Shown here: positions 1 through 7,726 of the stretch, piece by piece
How the letters are laid out: every line of letters starts with the position of its first letter
Position numbering within the stretch: position 1 is the stretch's first letter
Virus record (IMG/VR): IMGVR_UViG_3300045988_017219
Direction: 5' to 3' (one strand)
DNA: 42,166 nt
Origin: a virus
Notes under the pieces: generated by a model
The model's database searches: none
The model's input: the letters and a program-made list of their open reading frames with translations, nothing else
Told to the model about the DNA's origin: nothing
Program-made: the position numbers and the translations under genes

Positions 1-54
1 AATGGAACTGGAACTGTTAATGGAACTGGAACTGTTAATGGAACTGGAACTGTT
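1..54 (+). repeat. In-frame 18-bp tandem repeat AATGGAACTGGAACTGTT x3 (encodes NGTGTV)
   Basis: Read directly. Units lie at 1-18, 19-36 and 37-54. Nt 1-43 are identical to 42124-42166. Confidence 0.95.
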
Positions 55-444
55 ATATCCCATAACGGGGATATATATAATAGCGCCGCACCCGCCGCCG
101 TTGACGTAGAACTTTCCAAAATCGTCCAGCATTATCAGCAAGCCGTCGGGGACTTCCCACGCTCTGCACTGGACAAGCTGCAGAAGTGGAGGCAAGAGTA
201 CAGCACAGAGATGATCCTGTTGGCGATTGACAAGGCTGCAGAAGCTGGCAAGCGGTCGTGGAACTACATCAACGGCATATTGTCCGGCTGGAAACGGGAC
301 GGCCTGCGCACGCTGGGAGACGTGGAAGCCAACGAACAAAGCCGACAAGCCAGACCGAGAGGCAAGCAGCCAACCGAGACCGTAGACGACCAGCTTGCAC
401 GGGTGCTGGCGAAGATGGACAGAGAAAGAGGGTTTGAGACATGA
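1..444 (+). CDS. DnaD-domain replication organiser, C-terminal part (same ORF as 41782..42166 across the junction)
   Basis: Frame 1 is open from nt 1 to the TGA at 442-444 with no start in the window. The text KAAEAGKRSWNYINGILSGWKRDGLRTLGDVE fits the DnaD/phage replisome-organiser C-terminal pattern. The phase matches the ORF at the window end. Confidence 0.75.
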   Translation, partial: NGTGTVNGTGTVNGTGTVISHNGDIYNSAAPAAVDVELSKIVQHYQQAVGDFPRSALDKLQKWRQEYSTEMILLAIDKAAEAGKRSWNYINGILSGWKRDGLRTLGDVEANEQSRQARPRGKQPTETVDDQLARVLAKMDRERGFET

Positions 445-1043
445 CGCGGGAAGACGTGGCAAAGCTGATCCGCATGAATTTTGTGCTGTACAAGCTGGGT
501 TCCAAGCCACTGACCGATGAGGAGATGCAGACCACTATCGATGTGTGGGCGTATCAGTTTGGCGACTATGACGGCGATACTGTCAAGCGGGCTTTTCTGG
601 CGGCAAACCGGGTATGCGTTTATCCGGTCACGGTGGCCGACATCTTCAAGCAGCTTTCCCAGTGTTTTGACCCGTCCGCTGAATGGGAAGCTCTGGCTGT
701 AGCGGCACGCAAGGCACAGACATTTTTGAGCTGGCGCAAGTTCCCGATGGTGACCGGCACTGATGAAAAGGGCGGGCTGCTGCGTAGTGACGGACAGAAA
801 GAGCTGAAAGCCCTGTATGACCAACTCCCCCCGGCGGCAAAATCCTATGCCGGAAGCGTGGGAGGACTGGCAGAGCTGGCTGAAATGCCAGACCTTACAT
901 ACCGCCGTGCTGAGTTTTTGAAGCAGGCGCAGGCCGATATCACCACTGCCCCCCGTGAAGCGGCAAGGCTGCGGGCGAGCGAGCCGACAAGGAAGGAGCT
1001 CGGAAAAGAAAATCAGGAGGTGCAGACCGATGGTAAAACTTGA
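441..1043 (+). CDS. Putative helicase loader, SPP1 G39P-like
   Basis: ATGA overlap with the upstream stop. The N-terminus EDVAKLIRMNFVLY...TIDVWAYQFGDYDGDTVKRAF...PVTVADIFKQL resembles the G39P loader/inhibitor family. It sits directly after the DnaD-like gene. Confidence 0.55.
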   Translation: MTREDVAKLIRMNFVLYKLGSKPLTDEEMQTTIDVWAYQFGDYDGDTVKRAFLAANRVCVYPVTVADIFKQLSQCFDPSAEWEALAVAARKAQTFLSWRKFPMVTGTDEKGGLLRSDGQKELKALYDQLPPAAKSYAGSVGGLAELAEMPDLTYRRAEFLKQAQADITTAPREAARLRASEPTRKELGKENQEVQTDGKT

Positions 1044-1242
1044 GCCCTGCAAAGACTGCCCCGACCGGCACCCGATCTGTCACGGCAGCTGCCCGAAGTA
1101 CGCCGAGTACAAGCGTCAGCTGAAAGCGCAGCGCATCTACACCAGCGCGCACCACGCGGCGGAGCGAATCAACCGCAACGACTTCAACAAAGAGGGATGG
1201 ATGGGAGGAAAACACCCGCCCAGAAAAAGGAGAAAAGCATGA
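1030..1242 (+). CDS. Small Cys/His-rich protein (CKDCPDRHPICHGSCPKY), hypothetical
   Basis: An internal ATG at 1030 overlaps the upstream stop. There is an ATGA overlap with the next gene. Function unknown. Confidence 0.45.
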   Translation: MVKLEPCKDCPDRHPICHGSCPKYAEYKRQLKAQRIYTSAHHAAERINRNDFNKEGWMGGKHPPRKRRKA

Positions 1243-2399
1243 AAACCGTACAGGAGATTATGGCTGAAAACGGCTCTTTGGCGAACATCGAGCGCTTTCA
1301 GACGATGCAAAAGTGGGAATACAAGCGCAAGGTAGAGCACGCGCAGGAAATGGCCGAGGCATTTTACTACTGGGCAAAAGAGCACGAAAAGGGCGTGCAC
1401 CTATCCGTGGGCGGTCTGGATTCCATCACGCTGCATTACTTCTTGGAGAGCATCGGGCTGCCCGTCACCTGTGTGTCCTGCTCATTGCTGGAGGGAAAGG
1501 GCGTTCAGCAGGTACACAAGCGGATGGAAGCGGAGATGGAAGCTGAGTACAAAAACTGGATGGGCGATGGCGAAGCGCCGTCTTTCGTGTTCCTGAAGCC
1601 GCTGAAAAGTAAGGTTCAGGTCTTACAGGAATTTGGCTGGCCTGTGATCAGCAAGGAAAAGGCAGGCAAGATCATGTTGCTGCAAAACCCGACAGATCAA
1701 AACGCAACCGTGCGGCATGCGATCATCACCGGGGAAACCGGCGAATATGGCGGCTGGCAGAAGAACAGCCGCATGAAGCTGCCGCAGAAGTGGCTCGACC
1801 TGTTTGGCGGCGCAGACGCGGAGGGCGCAGCGCTTGGGTATCAGGCGGCCCCATTCAAGGTGTCTGACCGCTGCTGCTACTACCTCAAGGAAAAGCCCTG
1901 CAACGACTGGGCACGGGACCACAACAGTGTGCCCTACATGGGCCTTATGGCCAGCGAAGGCGGGCGGCGCGAAAAAAGCCTGAAGATGCACGGCTGCAAC
2001 TATTTCGGCAAGACCACCACCAGAAGCGCGCCCTTTGCCATTTTCGACCGACAGGACATTTTGCAGCTTGCGCTTGATTTGAACGTTCCTATTCCCGCCG
2101 AATATGGCGAGATCGCGAAGGACAGAGACGGCAAGTTGTACACCACAAAGGCGCAGCGCACCGGCTGCACCATGTGCGGCTTTGGGATCCACGTCGAGGG
2201 CAGGCCGCATCGGTTTGATATTTTGCGGGAAACCAACCCCAAAGAATGGGAGTTCTGGATGAAGCACGTCTGCCGGGACGAAAATGGAAACTGGTACGGC
2301 TGGGGCCGTGTGCTGGACTATATCGGCATCGGCTGGGAAGACGTGCCGGAGCAGGCCGTGCAGATGCACATTGACGATCTGATGGAGGATGTGAAGTGA
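1239..2399 (+). CDS. Phosphoadenosine-phosphosulfate (PAPS) reductase-family / PP-loop protein, phage type
   Basis: RBS AAAAAGGAG lies before the ATG at 1239. Motifs present are a PP-loop-like LSVGGLDS, SDRCCYYLKEKP, ASEGGRREKS, and a C-terminal CTMCGFG Cys cluster typical of phage PAPS-reductase-like proteins. Confidence 0.8.
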   Translation: MKTVQEIMAENGSLANIERFQTMQKWEYKRKVEHAQEMAEAFYYWAKEHEKGVHLSVGGLDSITLHYFLESIGLPVTCVSCSLLEGKGVQQVHKRMEAEMEAEYKNWMGDGEAPSFVFLKPLKSKVQVLQEFGWPVISKEKAGKIMLLQNPTDQNATVRHAIITGETGEYGGWQKNSRMKLPQKWLDLFGGADAEGAALGYQAAPFKVSDRCCYYLKEKPCNDWARDHNSVPYMGLMASEGGRREKSLKMHGCNYFGKTTTRSAPFAIFDRQDILQLALDLNVPIPAEYGEIAKDRDGKLYTTKAQRTGCTMCGFGIHVEGRPHRFDILRETNPKEWEFWMKHVCRDENGNWYGWGRVLDYIGIGWEDVPEQAVQMHIDDLMEDVK

Positions 2400-2596
2400 T
2401 AAAAAAATCATACACTGTTCTTCCTTGCCCAAAGTGCGGGAGCGGATTTATTGCATGGGGAAAGAAAATCGAGTCAGTTAATCCGAAGCTCACAGTGCTG
2501 TCAGCCCCGGGGACTGAACTTTGTTGTTTGATGTGCGGGCATTACGCACCAACACTCAAGCAGTGGAACAGCGAGGAACGAAAGAAATGCACTTGA
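2396..2596 (+). CDS. Small zinc-ribbon protein, Lar-like (restriction alleviation) candidate
   Basis: GTG start overlaps the upstream stop. CPKCGS...CCLMCGH...TLKQWNSEE recalls the Lar family pattern (CPFCG...C..CG...AI..WN.R). Confidence 0.4.
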   Translation: MIKKSYTVLPCPKCGSGFIAWGKKIESVNPKLTVLSAPGTELCCLMCGHYAPTLKQWNSEERKKCT

Positions 2597-2967
2597 CTCT
2601 CTACGGCGACCCGCGCACAAAGAAAAACTCTGCCCGCATTCTCCGCACACGCTCCGGGACCCCATTCGTTTCCCCCAGCAAGGTTTATGTGGATTATGAG
2701 ACGGACTGCCTGCGGCAAATCAAAAAGCTGCGCAGCCCCATTTCTGCCCGCGTGAACGTGAGGTGCGTGTACTACATGAAGACCGCCCGCCGGGTCGATC
2801 TGGCAAACCTCATCGAGGCTACAACGGACATTCTGGTGAAAGCCCGCGTACTGGAGGACGACAACAGCAAGATCGTCGCCGCCCACGATGGCAGCCGGGT
2901 GAACTATGACAAAAACAACCCGCGGGCGGAAATATGGATCGATGAAATGGAGGACAAAAATGGATAA
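2587..2967 (+). CDS. rusA: RusA-family Holliday junction resolvase
   Basis: ATG at 2587. The segment ARRVDLANLIEATTDILVKARVLEDDNSKIV matches the RusA catalytic Asp-rich region (RRRDLDNL...DAL...DD..V). Confidence 0.8.
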   Translation: MHLTLYGDPRTKKNSARILRTRSGTPFVSPSKVYVDYETDCLRQIKKLRSPISARVNVRCVYYMKTARRVDLANLIEATTDILVKARVLEDDNSKIVAAHDGSRVNYDKNNPRAEIWIDEMEDKNG

Positions 2968-3433
2968 CCCTAGGTTGATTGATGCAAATGCCCTGATGGC
3001 AAGGTTTTTCCGCAAGGAACGTTTGGTGCAGGGTGCGGCCAGCGCAGCTTATAGGGACGCTCAGAAAACGGTATTAGCTGCGCCTACGGTAAGCCTGTGG
3101 CCGGAATGGCGCGACCCAGACAAAGACCCGCCGAAGGTCGAAACTGAAGTTCTTGTTTTAGTTGATTGCGGAAAAGGCTATTGCATTACAACGGCTTTTT
3201 ACGAGGATGGAACGGTGTCTCAGTATGAAAGCGTCTGGCAGTGGGAAGACGTCGACGATTACGGCATTTATGACGAAGAAGAGGATTTGTATAGGCTCCC
3301 GAAAGGCTGGTGGGAATACCGCCACTTTACACCAGAAGATGCGCTGGAATGCCCGATTGATAAGCCGGTTGTTGGCTGGATGCCGCTGCCGCCGAAGGAG
3401 GGAATGCAACATGACCCGCACATGGACACCTGA
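2960..3433 (+). CDS. DUF551-like phage protein
   Basis: ATG at 2960 overlaps the rusA end. The C-terminal VVGWMPLPPKEG is the hallmark ending of DUF551 proteins. Confidence 0.6.
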   Translation: MDNPRLIDANALMARFFRKERLVQGAASAAYRDAQKTVLAAPTVSLWPEWRDPDKDPPKVETEVLVLVDCGKGYCITTAFYEDGTVSQYESVWQWEDVDDYGIYDEEEDLYRLPKGWWEYRHFTPEDALECPIDKPVVGWMPLPPKEGMQHDPHMDT

Positions 3434-3902
3434 AAGCGATGCACCAAAGCCGGACAGCGGCGTGGACTACCACACCGTCAAGTCGTGGTTTAAGCAGCTT
3501 CGGACTATGGACGACCGAATTGACCGCATCCAGCTGGACATCCGGCAGGCGCATGACAAGGCCACGAAGTGCACCGCCAGCATGACCGGAATGCCCGGCG
3601 GATCCGGGCACGGAGACAAAATCGGGCTTTGCGCCGAAGAAACAGACGAAAAGGAGCGCAAGATGCAAGAGTTGCAAGCCGAGCTCGAAGTTTTGCGGAT
3701 GGAAGCAAAGCGCCGAATCAAGTACATTGCAGGCACCAAAAGCAGCGACATGATGCAGGCATGCTTGTATGGCTACTACGTCCAGAACCAAAAGCAGGTC
3801 GTCGTGGCCCGCAGTCTTGGTCTGCCAAACGAAAACCGCGTTTCTTTGTATGTGCGGGATGGATGCAAGCAGCTTGCGCAGATTTGGCATCAATTTATGT
3901 AA
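3411..3902 (+). CDS. Sigma-70 region-4-like / ArpU-RinA-DUF1492-like late transcriptional regulator (candidate)
   Basis: RBS GAAGGAGGG lies before the ATG at 3411. The protein has a MTGMPGGSGHGDKI motif, then a coiled segment, then an HTH-like C-terminus. It is the last gene before the packaging genes. Confidence 0.55.
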   Translation: MTRTWTPESDAPKPDSGVDYHTVKSWFKQLRTMDDRIDRIQLDIRQAHDKATKCTASMTGMPGGSGHGDKIGLCAEETDEKERKMQELQAELEVLRMEAKRRIKYIAGTKSSDMMQACLYGYYVQNQKQVVVARSLGLPNENRVSLYVRDGCKQLAQIWHQFM

Positions 3903-3923
3903 TTTTCTTACATGTTGTCGTTG

Positions 3924-3952
3924 TTGTTGTTACATGTGAGATGTGGTAAAAT
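3924..3952 (+). promoter_or_regulatory. Sigma-70-type promoter with extended -10 (TTGTTG-17 nt-TGgTAAAAT)
   Basis: Read directly. It is flanked by or overlaps two TTACATGT copies (3908-3915 and 3930-3937), each containing the palindrome ACATGT. Confidence 0.5.
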
Positions 3953-4076
3953 TGGTATAAGCGGAACCGCCGAAAGCGGTGAGACGCTTGCCACGCAGCC
4001 TCCAGAACGGTCCCTTCCTTGTGACAGGTTTTCATGCTTTCCTGTTCTCCTTCGCCGTTTTGCGGGCTGCTTCTAT

Positions 4077-4143
4077 GCGAGGTTTGGGAAGCCACATAAC
4101 AGGCTGGCAGTTTTGTGGAACGGTTCGACTCCGTAACCTCGCA
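4077..4143 (+). ncRNA. tRNA-like element lacking canonical D and anticodon arms
   Basis: A perfect 7-bp acceptor stem pairs GCGAGGT 4077-4083 with ACCTCGC 4136-4142. The T-arm has the loop TTCGACT. The interior is one long hairpin (4093-4100/4110-4117) instead of D and anticodon arms. Confidence 0.35.
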
Positions 4144-4261
4144 CCGTATGGCGCATGGACTAGACAACCCGCAAGGCCGCACGTGCAACCTCCCGTGCCG
4201 AGAAAAGGCCTTAGAATCCTTGCCAAGATGTAGCTTTCCTGACAGAATGTGCGCCAACCAA

Positions 4262-4291
4262 CAGCCCCGGCGGCGAACCGGAGCTGTTTTT
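4262..4291 (+). terminator. Rho-independent terminator-like hairpin
   Basis: CAGCCCCGG pairs with CCGGAGCTG (one mismatch) around the loop CGGCGAA, followed by TTTTT. Confidence 0.5.
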
Positions 4292-4296
4292 ATATG

Positions 4297-4365
4297 GCCG
4301 CCTGAGCGCAGTTTGGAGCGCGGCGCGTGTGTGTAGACACGGCTGGTTCGATTCCAAGGGCGGCT
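4297..4365 (+). ncRNA. Degenerate or non-canonical tRNA-like element (pseudo-tRNA?)
   Basis: The acceptor stem is GCCGCCT/GGGCGGC. The D-arm is GCGC-AGTTTGGA-GCGC. The T-loop is TTCGATT but its stem has only 3-4 bp. The anticodon stem CGTGT/ACACG encloses a 6-nt loop (8 nt if the last pair opens), not 7. Confidence 0.35.
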
Positions 4366-4371
4366 TTTTAT

Positions 4372-4447
4372 ATTCCCGTAGTTCAAGTGATGGAACAGCG
4401 GTCTCCAAAACCGCAGGCTGCAGGTTTGAGTCCTGCCGGGAATGCCA
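4372..4447 (+). tRNA. trnW: tRNA-Trp (anticodon CCA), CCA end encoded
   Basis: I hand-folded a full cloverleaf. Acceptor ATTCCCG/CGGGAAT, D-stem GTTC/GAAC, anticodon stem GCGGT/ACCGC with loop CTCCAAA, T-arm GCAGG-TTTGAGT-CCTGC, discriminator G, then CCA. It resembles bacterial tRNA-Trp (A1-U72, GGUCUCCAAAACC). Confidence 0.9.
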
Positions 4448-4581
4448 TCTGCGTGCCCTGTGAGGGGGCCGCGCAGCACGCCGGGTGTCTGGCGGCGTAC
4501 GTTCCGGACACAGCAGCACCCACCGTTTGACGCCTGTCCAACGCAACTGAATGCTGGGCGCTGCTTATTTTAATATTTTGA

Positions 4582-4610
4582 CCGTTCGGATTTCCGGGCG
4601 GTTTTTCTTT
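4582..4610 (+). terminator. Rho-independent terminator immediately upstream of terS
   Basis: An 8-bp stem pairs CCGTTCGG with CCGGGCGG (two G.U pairs) around the loop ATTT, followed by TTTTTCTTTT. Confidence 0.6.
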
Positions 4611-5104
4611 TGCACGAATTTAGAGAGGTGGTGGCGGTGAGCGCGAAGCGGCTGACAGACAGGCAGAAAAAGAAGATCATTGCTGACTATGTGCAGCTGC
4701 AGAGCTACACCAGAGCCGCAAAGCTGAACGACGTGGCAGAAAGCACTGTGCGGAAAATCGTGAAAGATAATCCAAAGTGCGCGGATTTGTGCGCCTTAAA
4801 AAAAGAGCAGAACACGCAGGACATGCTTTCCTACTTAGGCAGCAAGTGCGGGGAAGCACAGAATCTTCTCGGGCTGTACCTTCAGGCGATGGCAGACCGT
4901 AACAAAATCGCGGAAGCAACACTGCCGCAGCTGTCAACGGCGTTCGGCACCATTGTGGACAAGTTTGCCATGCTGGGAGGTCAGAGCGGCGTTGAAGTCC
5001 CGGACGATGGCCTTGCGGAGGCCCTGAATGCCGCCGCAGACCTCAGCCCGCCTGACGATGTGGATCTTCTGCCAAAGGAAGAGGACGACAATGCGGAAAA
5101 GTAA
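4610..5104 (+). CDS. terS: Terminase small subunit (HTH-containing); true start possibly GTG 4637
   Basis: It sits directly upstream of and overlaps terL. The N-terminus is HTH-like (KKKIIADYVQLQSYTRAAKLNDVAESTVRKIV) and the C-terminus is acidic. RBS AGAGAGG lies before the GTG at 4637. Confidence 0.7.
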   Translation: MHEFREVVAVSAKRLTDRQKKKIIADYVQLQSYTRAAKLNDVAESTVRKIVKDNPKCADLCALKKEQNTQDMLSYLGSKCGEAQNLLGLYLQAMADRNKIAEATLPQLSTAFGTIVDKFAMLGGQSGVEVPDDGLAEALNAAADLSPPDDVDLLPKEEDDNAEK

Positions 5105-6338
5105 CGGCTTTCGCTGGAAAGCCCTCAGCCAGCGGCAGAAACAGGTTCTTAGCTGGTGGACACCGCAGAGCGCATACAGCGGATACAACGGCATCATTGC
5201 CGATGGCGCTATCCGCTCGGGCAAGACCTTTGCCATGAGCTTTTCTTTTGTCCAGTGGGCCATGACCTGCTACAGCGGCCAGCAGTTTGCCATGTGCGGC
5301 AAGACCATTGCCAGCTTCCGGCGAAACGTGCTTGGCACGCTCAAGCAGCAGCTTGCAGCCCGTGGCTACAATGTCAAAGAGCATCGGGCAGAAAATTTCA
5401 TGACCGTCAGCAAAGGCGGCAAATCCAACGAGTTTTACTTTTTCGGCGGCAAAGACGAGAGCAGCCAAGACCTGATCCAGGGCATCACGCTGGCTGGGGC
5501 ATTCTTTGACGAGGTGGCGCTGATGCCGCAGAGCTTTGTCAATCAGGCCACTGCCCGCTGCTCCGTCACCGGGTCAAAATTCTGGTTCAACTGCAACCCG
5601 GGCAGCCCACAGCATTGGTTTTATCTTGAGTGGGTGCGGAAATGCCGTTCCCGCAAGATGATGTACCTCCACTTTACGATGGACGACAACTTGTCGCTCT
5701 CCGAGGAAATCAAGGCCAGATACCGCAGCCAGTACAGCGGCGTTTTCTACCAGCGCTACATTCTGGGCCTGTGGACGGTGGCAGAGGGACTTGTATATGA
5801 CATGTTCGACCGCAAAAAGCATGTCGTTGATGAGCTGCCGGAACTGTCCCCCAAAAGCGCCTATGTGGCGTGTGACTTTGGCACCCAGAACGCAACGGTC
5901 TTTTTGCTGCTCCAGAAGCAGGCAGATGCAGACTGCTGGATCGTCACCCGGGAGTACTACTACAGCGGCCGCGAACAGAAGCGGCAAAAGACCGTGGGCG
6001 AGTATGTTGCAGACCTCAAGGCGTGGCTGAACGGTCTCAAGCCGGAGAGGATCATCGTGGACCCCTCTGCCCTGCCCCTGATTACGGAACTGCGCAAGAA
6101 TGGCTTTACCCAGACCCCCGCAAATAACGACGTTCTGAGCGGCATTCTGGACGTGCAGACTATGCTGCAGATCGGGCGGCTGAAGATCTACAAAGACTGC
6201 AAGCACACGCTGGAAGAGTTCGGCGTGTACGCTTGGGACCCGGACAAAGACGACACCGTGCTGAAGGTCAACGACCACTGCATGGACGCTATCCGCTATT
6301 TCGTGCGCACAAAGCGCCTTGTGAAACTGAGGGATTGA
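5091..6338 (+). CDS. terL: Terminase large subunit (PBSX/Terminase_3-like)
   Basis: ATG at 5091 overlaps the terS end. A Walker A motif is present (ADGAIRSGKTFAM). Length and C-terminal nuclease-like region are typical. Confidence 0.9.
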   Translation: MRKSNGFRWKALSQRQKQVLSWWTPQSAYSGYNGIIADGAIRSGKTFAMSFSFVQWAMTCYSGQQFAMCGKTIASFRRNVLGTLKQQLAARGYNVKEHRAENFMTVSKGGKSNEFYFFGGKDESSQDLIQGITLAGAFFDEVALMPQSFVNQATARCSVTGSKFWFNCNPGSPQHWFYLEWVRKCRSRKMMYLHFTMDDNLSLSEEIKARYRSQYSGVFYQRYILGLWTVAEGLVYDMFDRKKHVVDELPELSPKSAYVACDFGTQNATVFLLLQKQADADCWIVTREYYYSGREQKRQKTVGEYVADLKAWLNGLKPERIIVDPSALPLITELRKNGFTQTPANNDVLSGILDVQTMLQIGRLKIYKDCKHTLEEFGVYAWDPDKDDTVLKVNDHCMDAIRYFVRTKRLVKLRD

Positions 6339-6340
6339 TT

Positions 6341-7726
6341 TTGAGCACTGTATACACATTCCAGACCTTTCAGCAGGCGCAAGCCGCCGGGGAACAGCCC
6401 GATTTTGTCCGGCGGTTCGTGCAACAGCACTGCACTTCCGGGCCCTACAAGATGGCTCTGGACGCCGACCTGTACGACGCCCAGAAAAACCCGGGCGCGG
6501 AACGCTTCGCGCAAGCCTACGCCTTTATGCTGAAGCGCCTTTCCAAGAACACCCGGCAGGATGTACCCCGGCCCGATATGGTCAAGAGCAATCTGTTCCG
6601 GCGGCTCAACAAACAGCGTGCTACCTACTCCCTGGGCAACGGCGTCACCTTTGCGGATAAAAACGTGGACAAAGGAAAACTGGGGGCTGAATTTGACGAG
6701 CAGATCCAGAAAGCCGGATACTTTGCCCTAATCCACGGTGAGAGCTTTGGCTTCTGGAACAACGACCATCTGGTGGTGTTCAAGCTGACCGAGTTTGCGC
6801 CCCTGTACGATGAGACCTCCGGCTCCATGCGGGCCGGGGTGCGGTTCTGGCGGCTGAATCCTGACACGGATATGCACTATGTCCTGTACGAAGAGGACGG
6901 TTACACCGAGTACACGGAAAGCAGGATCGGCAGCACTATGCAGGAGACGGCCCCGAAGCAGGCATACAAGAGCGTGACCGTCTCCACCCCCGGCGGCGGG
7001 CTGGAAAGCGTGGAGGGGGAAAACTACAGCACTCTGCCTGTGGTACCGCTGTGGGGATCCGACCTGCATCAAAGCACCCTCGTAGGCCTGAAAGCCTACA
7101 TCGACAACACCGATCTGGTGACGTCCGGCTTCTGCAGCGACTTGCAGGATTGCGCACAGATTTACTGGCTGTGCGAAAACTTCAACGGCATGACCGATGA
7201 TGAACTGCAGGAGTTCCTTGCGAAGCTGAACCTCTACCACATCGCCGGTGCGGACACCAGCGAGGGAGGCAAGATCACCCCATACACCAGCGAAGTGCCG
7301 GTGACTGCCCGGCAGACCCTGCTAGAGCTGCTGCACACCCGGGTCTATGAGGATTTCGGCGGTCTGGACGTGCATTGTGTCAGCGCAAACAGCACCAACG
7401 ACCATCTGGATGCAGCCTATGAACCCATGAACCAGAACGCAGACGACTTCGAGGCTCAGATCAAACCTTTTGTTCGTCAGATTTGTGCGCTGGCTGGCTT
7501 TGGCAGCGCAACGCCGACATTCAACCGGAGCCGGATCGTAAACACCGCAGAGCAGGTCAGCACAGTAATCTCCGAGGCGGCGATCATCGGGCAGGACATG
7601 GCCATTGACCTGCTGCCCAACCTGACCCCGGAGCAGAAAGAAAAGGCCAGGGCGTCCCTGATGGCGGAAAGCGCAGCACGAGAAACCGTGGGCGAGGACG
7701 AGGATGACAACGGTGATGAAACATGA
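6341..7726 (+). CDS. Portal protein (SPP1 gp6-like); start uncertain (TTG 6341 or 6335)
   Basis: It follows terL, has portal-like size, an acidic C-terminus (GEDEDDNGDET), and an ATGA overlap with the MuF-like gene. Confidence 0.85.
   Translation: MSTVYTFQTFQQAQAAGEQPDFVRRFVQQHCTSGPYKMALDADLYDAQKNPGAERFAQAYAFMLKRLSKNTRQDVPRPDMVKSNLFRRLNKQRATYSLGNGVTFADKNVDKGKLGAEFDEQIQKAGYFALIHGESFGFWNNDHLVVFKLTEFAPLYDETSGSMRAGVRFWRLNPDTDMHYVLYEEDGYTEYTESRIGSTMQETAPKQAYKSVTVSTPGGGLESVEGENYSTLPVVPLWGSDLHQSTLVGLKAYIDNTDLVTSGFCSDLQDCAQIYWLCENFNGMTDDELQEFLAKLNLYHIAGADTSEGGKITPYTSEVPVTARQTLLELLHTRVYEDFGGLDVHCVSANSTNDHLDAAYEPMNQNADDFEAQIKPFVRQICALAGFGSATPTFNRSRIVNTAEQVSTVISEAAIIGQDMAIDLLPNLTPEQKEKARASLMAESAARETVGEDEDDNGDET

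Larger units (their letters stand above)
3959..4291 (+). ncRNA. Candidate structured noncoding RNA (family unknown)
   Basis: No credible ORF. Hand-paired nested helices are 3959-3963/3985-3989, 3995-4000/4065-4070, 4006-4010/4055-4059, 4024-4028/4041-4045, 4150-4155/4250-4255 and 4173-4178/4207-4212. The region ends in a terminator-like hairpin. Confidence 0.3.

Noticed and set aside
1-43. Terminal 43-nt direct repeat read as physical phage termini (DTR or cos).
   Set aside because: The repeat lies inside a coding tandem repeat, and the ORF is continuous and in phase across it. This fits an assembler overlap of a circular or circularly permuted genome better than real ends. The PBSX-type terminase also suggests headful packaging.
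4077-4143. tmRNA or its tRNA-like domain.
   Set aside because: The acceptor strands are only 67 nt apart, which leaves no room for an mRNA-like region or pseudoknots. There is no G3.U70 pair and the 3' end reads A-CCG rather than CCA.
3895-4546. Track ORFs inside the RNA island (for example 3895-4479 on the - strand, 4211-4546 on the - strand, 3912-4136 on the + strand and 4327-4530 on the + strand).
   Set aside because: They overlap a canonical tRNA-Trp and tRNA-like elements. They lack Shine-Dalgarno sites and have Cys/Arg/Pro-rich junk-like translations.
4601-4620. Shared motif TTTTCTTTT(T)GCACGAATT at 4602-4620 and 25867-25885, considered as a common regulatory box downstream of both sigma-like genes.
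   Set aside because: There are only two copies, and most of the match is terminator U-tract. Similar TTTTCTTTTT tails also occur at 27872-27882 and 31362-31372. The sequences diverge immediately afterwards, so the evidence is insufficient.
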